Part shown: piece after piece, positions 57,121 through 64,000 of the stretch
Layout: each line of letters opens with the position of its first letter
Position numbering within the stretch: position 1 is the stretch's first letter
Source: Candidatus Nitrospinota bacterium M3_3B_026
GTDB taxonomy: Bacteria > Nitrospinota_A > UBA7883 > JBPRGF01
Length of the DNA: 64,000 nucleotides
NCBI GenBank assembly: GCA_051418015.1
Contig: JBPRGF010000003.1
Location: forward strand, 184,875-248,874
Direction: 5' to 3'
Made by a program: the position numbers and the translations under genes
Notes under the pieces: model-generated
What the model was told of the DNA's origin: nothing
Seen by the model: only the letters and a program-made list of their open reading frames with translations
Database searches by the model: none

Positions 57121-58266
57121 TCAGCCGCAGGCCGCCTCCAGCGCGTGGTTGTATACCTTCAGCGTCTGTTCGCCTACCAGCCTGTCCGAAAACTCCGCGA
57201 TCACCATCTCCCTGCCTTTCGCCCCCATCCTCGCCCGCAGCCCGCTGTCGGAAAGGAGTTTTTCAGTGACATCCGCGAATCCTTCCACGTCCCGCGCCGG
57301 GGCCAAAAACCCGTTCTCCCCGCGCTGGATAATCTCGTCACAGCCGGGGACATCATAGGCAACGAGCGGACGCCCGCACGACGCCCCCTCGATCAGCGAT
57401 TTCGGAACCCCCTCGCCGTAAAACGAAGGGAGCGCCACTATCGTAGCCCGCCGCAGGACGTCGGGCATATCGTCGCGATGGCCCCAATATTCCACAACTC
57501 CCTCATCGGCCCATCTTCGCAACGCCGCCTCGTCGAGGGAATCGGCGTTATGCGGGTCGGGCGCTCCCACGAGGGCCATCCTCGCCGCCACGCCCCGCTC
57601 TTTCAATATCCGCGCCGCCTTCACGAAATCCTCCACCCCCTTCGAGCGCAGCATCCTGCCGGAAAACAGGACGACGGGCGTCCCCACCGGCTCCTTCGCG
57701 GGCGGCGTGAAAACGTCCGGGTCGACGCCGGAGCCGCGTATGAGAAAGACACGGTCCTTGTCCACGATCCCGGAATCGAGCAGCAATCCAAGGTCGCGCC
57801 TGTTCTGGACGACCGTGAACGACCGCCTCCCGCCGAGGGCGAACCGGAGCGCCATTTTCAAAAGCGTCCTGGCGGCCCTGTCCTTCAACCCTCTCGGCGC
57901 CGCCAACCGCCCCAGCCCGGCTAGGGTGTTCACCGTCATGGGCCGCCCCCCGAGCGCCGCCGCCATGGCCCCGAAAACGACCGGTTTTAACGCGACGTGG
58001 TGGGCCAGGCGGGGCCGTAATGACTTGTACAGCCCCGCAAGCTCCCACACGCTCGCCGCTTCCCGGAAGATGCCCGCGCCGCTCCTTTTCATCGATATCG
58101 GGACAAGCTCAAAACCTTCGCTCTCTATCCGATCGCCGTGGCTTCCCACGGCCGCCGCCACGATCACCTCGAACCCCGCATCCCGCGCCGCCCTGGCGGC
58201 GGGCAGCCTGTGCGACCAGAAATACCAGTCCTCCGTGACAAGGTAGAGTATCCTCGGCGCGCTCAT
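57121..58266 (-). CDS. GT4 glycosyltransferase (PglA/WbpU-like)
   Basis: TEDWYFWSHRLP, LKPVVFG, IRGSGVD, GRMLRSKGV, YGEGVPKSLIEGASCG. Confidence 0.92.
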   Translation of the reverse strand: MSAPRILYLVTEDWYFWSHRLPAARAARDAGFEVIVAAAVGSHGDRIESEGFELVPISMKRSGAGIFREAASVWELAGLYKSLRPRLAHHVALKPVVFGAMAAALGGRPMTVNTLAGLGRLAAPRGLKDRAARTLLKMALRFALGGRRSFTVVQNRRDLGLLLDSGIVDKDRVFLIRGSGVDPDVFTPPAKEPVGTPVVLFSGRMLRSKGVEDFVKAARILKERGVAARMALVGAPDPHNADSLDEAALRRWADEGVVEYWGHRDDMPDVLRRATIVALPSFYGEGVPKSLIEGASCGRPLVAYDVPGCDEIIQRGENGFLAPARDVEGFADVTEKLLSDSGLRARMGAKGREMVIAEFSDRLVGEQTLKVYNHALEAACG

Positions 58267-58859
58267 CACCAGGGGATCGCGCCGCCCAGGTGGATCAGCC
58301 TGGAGTCCTCGGCGCTTTCCCCCCGGGCGTTCCACCACTTTATGAAGGAGATGTCACACACCATCAGCCTGTCATGCTCTATCCCGTCGAGGGCGGAGTA
58401 TGGCTCAACGGGCCTGCCGGCGACCAGCCGCCCGTCCGCCCCGCCGCCATCCACCACCCCGGCAAGCTCCAGCCCGTCGCAGGCGAGGATGTTCAACGCG
58501 GCTATCTCCGCCAGCTCGTTGGCCCCGGCCACCACGACCCTGCCGCGTCCGTCTTCCACGCAGGCGTCGAGATGGCCGTTTATCAGCTCCTGGATGTGGT
58601 GGTAATGCTGGAACGTGACCGCGAGATATTTCAAGGTCAGGCGGCTCTTCTCAACAAAACCCTCGGGAGTCAGGTAATAAAGCCAACGCCTCGCGCTCAC
58701 CTGCCTTGCCTTCACCCAGCCCGTGCCGATCACCCGCCGCATATAGGCGCTGACGAGACCGGCGGCAAGGCCCGTCTGCCGGGTGATCTTGCGCTGGCTG
58801 ACCTCTTTGCTCTGGCCGATGATCTCGAGTATCTGCAGCGCCGCCACCTCGTCGGCCAT
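58266..58859 (-). CDS. EPS-associated MarR-type winged-helix regulator with a C-terminal Rossmann-like domain
   Basis: SQRKITRQTGLAAGLVSAYMRR...GWVKA...YYLTPEGFVEKSRLT, then VVVAGANELAEIA. Confidence 0.85.
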   Translation of the reverse strand: MADEVAALQILEIIGQSKEVSQRKITRQTGLAAGLVSAYMRRVIGTGWVKARQVSARRWLYYLTPEGFVEKSRLTLKYLAVTFQHYHHIQELINGHLDACVEDGRGRVVVAGANELAEIAALNILACDGLELAGVVDGGGADGRLVAGRPVEPYSALDGIEHDRLMVCDISFIKWWNARGESAEDSRLIHLGGAIPW

Positions 58860-59138
58860 GTTTTTATAGCGCGTGTATGGCGACTTGATCTCGTTGTCCC
58901 GCGTGTCGCTCAAAATAACCGTAAATGAAAAATGGTTTGGAATGTGATCCGGGGTGTAATGTGAATCGCCGGCGCCTCCGCAAGCCTCCGGCGCCCTGCC
59001 TGTCAAGCCGGTTTCTCAAAACCGGCTGAAACACCTTGGCATACCGCCGCGGCGTCTCGCTCATGGCATGATCGCTCACGCCGTGAACAATCTATTAGAT
59101 TCAGAACAGAACGTCAACATGAAAAAGAGCGAGGATTT

Positions 59139-61112
59139 TCAGCCGGTCCCGTGAAACCTCTCATGCCACGCCTGGAACATCAGGACGGTCCAGAGCTGGT
59201 ATTGCCAGTTACGCCGCCCTTCCAGGTGCTCGGCCCACATCCGGCGCAACAGCGCGGGGTCGAAAAACCCTTCCCGCCGGAGTCTTCCCTCATCCAGCAG
59301 GGCCTCGCCCCAGCCGCGCAGCGGGCCGCGCAGCCATTCGCCGATAGGCAGGCCGAACCCCATCTTCGGCCTCTCGATAAGCTCCCGGGGGACTCTCCGG
59401 TAAAGGAGCCGCCGCAGCGGCAGCTTCCCCACGCCGCCTTTGACCTTCATATGAACCGGCAGGCGCGCGGCGAACTCCACCACGCGATGGTCCACAAGCG
59501 GCGCGCGCGCCTCGAGGCTGACGGCCATGCTGGCCCTGTCGACCTTCGTCAGGATGTCGTCGGGCAGGTAGGTCACCGTGTCGAGCAGCATCATCCGCGT
59601 AATGAAATCCATCGCCCCAAGCTGTCCGGCGGTCTTGTCGAGGATGGACCGATACTCCGCCGAGCCGGGGACGACCAGCGCCGGGTTCTTGAACTGCGAC
59701 ACCAGCCAGCGGTATATTTCCATAGGCCCGGAAAGGGCCAGTATCTCGGCGAGCTTGTACGCCTTGTCCGCCGGGTTCGCGACCTGCAGACGCGAAGGCA
59801 GCGCCGGCGAAATCGTCCCGAAGGCCGCCTCCAGCGCCGGCGGCCGCATGGCGCCGATAGCGCCCGCGAAAAGCTTTCTCAGCGGGCGCGGCGCGAGGCG
59901 GACGGCGCGCCATATGGAAAGCGCCCACAGGTAGCGGTTGTATCCCCCGAAGCTTTCATCTCCCCCGTCGCCGGAAAGGCAGACGGTGACGCTCTCCCTT
60001 GCCATCCGCGAAACGAGAAAAGTCGGGATTTGCGACGAGTCGGCGAAGGGCTCGTCGTACATCTCCGGCAGGGAGGGGATGACCTCGCGGGCGTCGGCGG
60101 AGGTCAGGTAAAGCTCCGTGTGGTTGGTTTGAAAGCTTTGCGCGACGGCCTTCGCATACTCCGCCTCGTTGTATCCCTCCTCGTGGAAGCCTATCGTGAA
60201 GGTTCTCACGGGTCTTTCGGCGACTTCCTTCATAAGCGCCACGACAAGCGACGAGTCCACACCCCCCGAGAGGAACGCGCCAAGCGGCACGTCGCTTATC
60301 ATCCTGATCTTCACCGCATCCAGCAGAAGTTTTTCGAGTTCGTCCGCGGCTGCCTCCTCGTCCCCGTCGAACAACGGCGACTGCGTCCCCAGCTCGTAAA
60401 CCTCCCTGGCCGACCAGTACTCCTCCACTCGCGGTTCCGTCACGGCCCCGCCGGAAAGGCTCAGCGTGGCGAAGGAGGCGGGGGGCAGTTTTCTGATATT
60501 TTTGTAGATCGAGTATGGCGAGGGGACGTAGTTGTGGCGCATGTACATGGCCAGGCTGTTTTTGTCTGTCTCCCCCTCGAAGGCCGGGTGGGCCATGAGC
60601 GCCTTCAGCTCCGAGGCGAACATGAAGACCCCGCCGCTCACGCCGTAGTAGAGCGGCTTCTTGCCCAGCCTGTCACGGGCGAGGGTGAGGGTCCGCTCCC
60701 GCTTGTCCCACAGGGCGAATGCGAACATACCGTTGAATTTCCCCAGGGATTTTTCGATCCCCCACCGCTCCACGGCGGCGAGGATGACTTCCGTGTCGGA
60801 ATGACCCCGCCACTCGACGGAGCCGTCCTTCTCCAACTCCTTGCGGATATCCGGGAAGTTGTAGACCTCGCCGTTATAGGCGATGACGTACCTTCCGCTG
60901 GCGGAGACCATCGGCTGACGACCGTGGGAGGAGAGGTCTATTATGGCAAGACGCCTGTGGCTCAAAGCCACGCCCGCGGCCTCGTCCGCCCACGTCCCGC
61001 CATCGTCCGGTCCGCGATACGTGATGGCGTCCGCCATCGCCCGGGCCGTCCTTTCAAGCTCTTCCTTCGAAGCGCCGGGGCGTGACGTTACGAAGCCTGC
61101 TATACCGCACAT
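59139..61112 (-). CDS. asnB: Asparagine synthase-type glutamine amidotransferase (probably amidates the glycan)
   Basis: MCGIAG Ntn Cys, RGPD, HRRLAIIDLS, YNGEVYN, LSGGVDSS, SGDGGDE, KVDRASMAVSLEARAP. Confidence 0.93.
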   Translation of the reverse strand: MCGIAGFVTSRPGASKEELERTARAMADAITYRGPDDGGTWADEAAGVALSHRRLAIIDLSSHGRQPMVSASGRYVIAYNGEVYNFPDIRKELEKDGSVEWRGHSDTEVILAAVERWGIEKSLGKFNGMFAFALWDKRERTLTLARDRLGKKPLYYGVSGGVFMFASELKALMAHPAFEGETDKNSLAMYMRHNYVPSPYSIYKNIRKLPPASFATLSLSGGAVTEPRVEEYWSAREVYELGTQSPLFDGDEEAAADELEKLLLDAVKIRMISDVPLGAFLSGGVDSSLVVALMKEVAERPVRTFTIGFHEEGYNEAEYAKAVAQSFQTNHTELYLTSADAREVIPSLPEMYDEPFADSSQIPTFLVSRMARESVTVCLSGDGGDESFGGYNRYLWALSIWRAVRLAPRPLRKLFAGAIGAMRPPALEAAFGTISPALPSRLQVANPADKAYKLAEILALSGPMEIYRWLVSQFKNPALVVPGSAEYRSILDKTAGQLGAMDFITRMMLLDTVTYLPDDILTKVDRASMAVSLEARAPLVDHRVVEFAARLPVHMKVKGGVGKLPLRRLLYRRVPRELIERPKMGFGLPIGEWLRGPLRGWGEALLDEGRLRREGFFDPALLRRMWAEHLEGRRNWQYQLWTVLMFQAWHERFHGTG

Positions 61113-61121
61113 GAGCCGCGC

Positions 61122-62261
61122 CTACCTCGGACCAGGGCGCGCCGCGCGCTCGTAAAGCTCTTCGTAGCGGCGGACCATGACGGCGGGCGAGAACCTCTCG
61201 GCGATTCGTTCGCGCGCCCGCCCGCCGAGGGCGGCGCGCTCGTCCGCGCCGAGGGAGAGAGCGCGCCCGATGACGTCCGCCAGCGCCGCGGCGTCGCCGG
61301 GAGGGGCGACAAAACCCGTGTCGCCCACGATCAGGGCCGTGTCACCCACGTCCGTGACGGCGCAGGGGACGCCGCAGGCCATCGCCTCGGCGGTGACGTT
61401 CGAAAACCCCTCGGAGCGCGACGCGAGGGCGAACAGGTCGAAGGCGGGGTAAAGGGACGCCATATCCTCCATGGAGCCGAGCCTTATGATTTTTTCCTCC
61501 AGCCCGCGCCGGGCTATCAGCCCCGAAAGCTCGCCGTTTTCAGACGCCGTCCCATCGCCCGCCAAGACCGCCCGCGCCCGCGGAAACTTTTTTATTGTCA
61601 TCGCGAAAGCGTCAAGGAAAAGGTCGAAACCCTTGACCGGGTCGTACCGGGCGGCGTACCCGATCAGCGGCGTCTCCCCGGCCACGCCGATCCGCTCCCG
61701 CGCCGCCTGCCGCGCCTCCGGCGACGGGCGGAACTTCTCCGTGTCTATCCCGTTGTGGATCACGGTTAGCTTGTCCGCGCGGTAGCCGAACCTCGCATGG
61801 AAATCCCTGCCCGCCTCGGAGTTGACTATGATCGCCTCGGGCCTGCCGGAAAGCCACGACAGGATTTTCATCACGGCGTAAAGGGGAGAGAGCCGCCTCC
61901 CGCCCAGCATGTCCACGCAGCGTATGTTCCAGACAACCGGGACGCCCCCGGCCAGGCTGGAGGCCAGCGTCCCGGCGAGGTCGGCGTGGTAGAGCCAGGT
62001 CTGGACAACGTCCGGCCTCTCAGCCCGGAGCAGGCGGACAAGACGCAGGAACGCCATCGGCCCCGGGACGCCCCGTCTCATGCCCAGCGCGTGGACCGGC
62101 GCCCCTTTGCGCTTGAGCCGCCTCCCCACGGCGCCGATGTCCATGAGGGATATGACGATATTGTCGAATCTGGCAGGGTCGAGCCTTCCGGCGAGGTCAT
62201 CGAGCGCAAGCTCCGCCCCCCCCACGTCAAGGCTCGTGATGACGTGCGCGATTTTTATCAT
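61122..62261 (-). CDS. GT4 glycosyltransferase
   Basis: HVITSLDVGGAE, QTWLYHAD, IHNGID, EGFSNVTAEAMACG. Confidence 0.92.
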   Translation of the reverse strand: MIKIAHVITSLDVGGAELALDDLAGRLDPARFDNIVISLMDIGAVGRRLKRKGAPVHALGMRRGVPGPMAFLRLVRLLRAERPDVVQTWLYHADLAGTLASSLAGGVPVVWNIRCVDMLGGRRLSPLYAVMKILSWLSGRPEAIIVNSEAGRDFHARFGYRADKLTVIHNGIDTEKFRPSPEARQAARERIGVAGETPLIGYAARYDPVKGFDLFLDAFAMTIKKFPRARAVLAGDGTASENGELSGLIARRGLEEKIIRLGSMEDMASLYPAFDLFALASRSEGFSNVTAEAMACGVPCAVTDVGDTALIVGDTGFVAPPGDAAALADVIGRALSLGADERAALGGRARERIAERFSPAVMVRRYEELYERAARPGPR

Positions 62262-62352
62262 CTCGCCGCGGGGGGCTCGGGGTCCGGGAGTTTTTCATGG
62301 GCTGATTATAGCGGCGGGTCTTTTCAAGTCAATCAGACGGGGGCGGCGGTGG

Positions 62353-63438
62353 TTATCGGCCGGCCGGAGCGGCGGCCATGATGCGCTCCGCGTCCAGCCC
62401 CGCGAGCCGCAGATCCGCCTCGACCATCATCCGCACAAGCTCTTTAAAGGACGTTTTCGGCTTCCAGCCGAGCCTCTCCCTCGCCTTCGCTGCGTTCCCC
62501 ACCAGCGTGTCCACCTCCGCCGGACGGAAGTATGTCCGGTCTATTTCGACCAGCGTCCTGCCGCTGGCCGTATCCACGCCGCGCTCGGCGGCGCCCTCGC
62601 CCTCCCAGGCTATCGTTATCCCGCAAAGGCCGAAAGACTCCTCCACAAACTCGCGCACGGAGCGCTGCTCCCCGGTGGCCAGAACGAAATCCTCCGGCTC
62701 TTCCCGCTGGAGCATCATCCACATTCCCTCCACATAGTCTTTGGCGTATCCCCAGTCGCGCCGGGCGTTGAGGTTGCCGAGGTAGAGCTTGTCCAGGGAG
62801 CCTTTCAGGATGCCGGCGAGGGAGAGGGTTATCTTGCGGCTGACGAAATTCTCCCCCCGCCTCGGCGACTCGTGGTTGAAAAGTATTCCGTTGCAGGCGA
62901 ACATCCCGTACGCCTCGCGGTAATTGACGGTTATCCAGTGCGCATAAAGCTTCGCCACGCCGTAGGGGCTGCGGGGGTGGAAGGGGGTGTTTTCGTCCTG
63001 CGGCGTCCGCGCGACCTTGCCAAACATCTCCGAGGTCGACGCCTGGTAGAATCTCACCCGATCCTGATAGTTCAAGGCGCGGACGGCGTCCAGAATCCGC
63101 AGCGCCCCGATCGCGTCCGCCTCGCCGGTGTACTCCGGTGTCTCGAAGCTCACCGCCACGTGGCTTTGCGCCGCGAGGTTGTATATCTCGTCGGGCTGGA
63201 TGGCGGCGATCAGGTGGTTGAGACTGAGCGAATCGGTCATGTCGCCGTAGTGCAGATGCGTCTTGTTCGACGGGAGATGGGGGTCCGTGTGAAGGTGCTC
63301 TATCCTGTGGAGGTTGAAGCTCGACGCGCGGCGCACGAGGCCGTGGACCTCGTAGCCCTTTTCGAGCAGAAACTCGGCGAGGTAGGAGCCGTCCTGGCCG
63401 GTGATGCCGGTGAGTAGTGCGACTTTGCTATCGGGCAT
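62353..63438 (-). CDS. gmd: GDP-mannose 4,6-dehydratase
   Basis: [56 protein letters not shown]. Confidence 0.97.
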   Translation of the reverse strand: MPDSKVALLTGITGQDGSYLAEFLLEKGYEVHGLVRRASSFNLHRIEHLHTDPHLPSNKTHLHYGDMTDSLSLNHLIAAIQPDEIYNLAAQSHVAVSFETPEYTGEADAIGALRILDAVRALNYQDRVRFYQASTSEMFGKVARTPQDENTPFHPRSPYGVAKLYAHWITVNYREAYGMFACNGILFNHESPRRGENFVSRKITLSLAGILKGSLDKLYLGNLNARRDWGYAKDYVEGMWMMLQREEPEDFVLATGEQRSVREFVEESFGLCGITIAWEGEGAAERGVDTASGRTLVEIDRTYFRPAEVDTLVGNAAKARERLGWKPKTSFKELVRMMVEADLRLAGLDAERIMAAAPAGR

Positions 63439-63602
63439 GGGCTTTTTTCGTCGTACAGGGTGGCGCGTTATGGGTATCGGATATTGTAGGGGTTATATTC
63501 AAGATGGGGAGGTCAGGAACGAGGAGGGGAGGATTGGCGTATGGTGAGTGGGGGTGGTGTGAGGAGTTGTGTATTGGGGGTAGGCTTGGAAAGGAGCAGC
63601 AG

Positions 63603-64000
63603 GTGAGGCAAAAGCGTGTGATGGTGCGATTGTGTTGGGTGTGGGTTGTGATGTGGGGGGTGATGGGTGGAGGGGCGTGTCTGGGCGATCCAGCAGCGCA
63701 AGGTGATGGAGCGGCGGCGCGTGATGGGGCGGGGGCGAGCAGCGGGGCTGAGTTGCGTGATGATGTAGAGCTGGTCAGCCAGGCACAGTTGAGCGAGAGG
63801 GCGGAACTGGGTCGGTCATTCGAGGTGAATCAGGGGATTACGTTTTACGTGGTGTCGGAGGATGGGCGATTTACGGCGCGGGTGGGGTTGCCGCGGCCAG
63901 AGATCAGGACGAGCGCGCAGCGGTACCCGGTGCTGGTGCGGCTGGTGGGGCCTGAGGGGCAATATTTGCAGCGGCGTCTGGTGGAGCGGGATGATGCGGT
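63603..64000 (+). CDS. Hypothetical exported protein, 3'-partial, with foreign base composition
   Basis: Not in the ORF track. AAAGGAG SD 6 nt before GTG; frame open to the window edge: MRQKRVMVRLCWVWVVMWGVMGGGACLGDPAAQG...GITFYVVSEDGRFTARVGLPRP...; signal-peptide-like N-terminus. Confidence 0.55.
   Translation, partial: MRQKRVMVRLCWVWVVMWGVMGGGACLGDPAAQGDGAAARDGAGASSGAELRDDVELVSQAQLSERAELGRSFEVNQGITFYVVSEDGRFTARVGLPRPEIRTSAQRYPVLVRLVGPEGQYLQRRLVERDDA

Noticed and set aside
58960..59030. Hairpins between asnB and the MarR-type gene, including agccggttt/aaaccggct
   Set aside because: No U-tract and no recognisable RNA family; could be an operator, but there is too little support to call.
63513..63701. 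His/Pro/Thr-rich 62-aa minus-strand ORF, and possible G-quadruplex or telomere-like tract
   Set aside because: A by-product of the G/T skew. There is no periodic repeat unit, and the plus strand has a better-supported ORF with SD and signal peptide.

Overview
64 kb of GC-rich (roughly 60-65% by eye) bacterial chromosome. Gene content and order (rpsF-ssb-rpsR-DUF2232-rplI, tatC-pyrF, DUF4388/CheX, receiver-TPR proteins, many GT-C/TPR proteins) suggest a diderm of Nitrospinota/Desulfobacterota-like affinity; this is inference, not a classification. The left half (1-32 kb) is mostly housekeeping and signalling: alaC-type aminotransferase, nitroreductase, three GT-C membrane glycosyltransferases, clpS, a GAF kinase, a JAMM peptidase, a metal ABC transporter, a solitary dnaK, pyrF, tatC, larE-like, the S6-SSB-S18-L9 operon with its RNA leader, and an alginate-export-family porin. 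The right half (32-63.4 kb) is a ~31 kb surface-glycan locus: a NusG-paralog antiterminator, a nucleotide-sugar dehydrogenase, pseI, gmd/fcl, an asnB-type amidotransferase, an ABC flippase, about 11 glycosyltransferases, 2 sulfotransferases and 3 methyltransferases. Most notable observations: (i) a consensus sigma-54 promoter upstream of two unannotated hydrophobic micro-proteins (38 and 29 aa); (ii) a DUF4388-MshEN-CheX fusion; (iii) an epimerase-membrane anchor-GT2 triple fusion; (iv) a GT4 gene that appears to start at ATA; (v) a membrane-anchored IF2N-domain protein; (vi) a DPP-containing uORF before the porin; (vii) a dispersed REP-like repeat family; (viii) an abrupt compositional break at or near the gmd 5' end, suggesting a chimeric or recombinant junction. 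I saw no rRNA, tRNA, CRISPR array, transposase or phage gene. All family calls come from motif recognition by eye; no searches were run.
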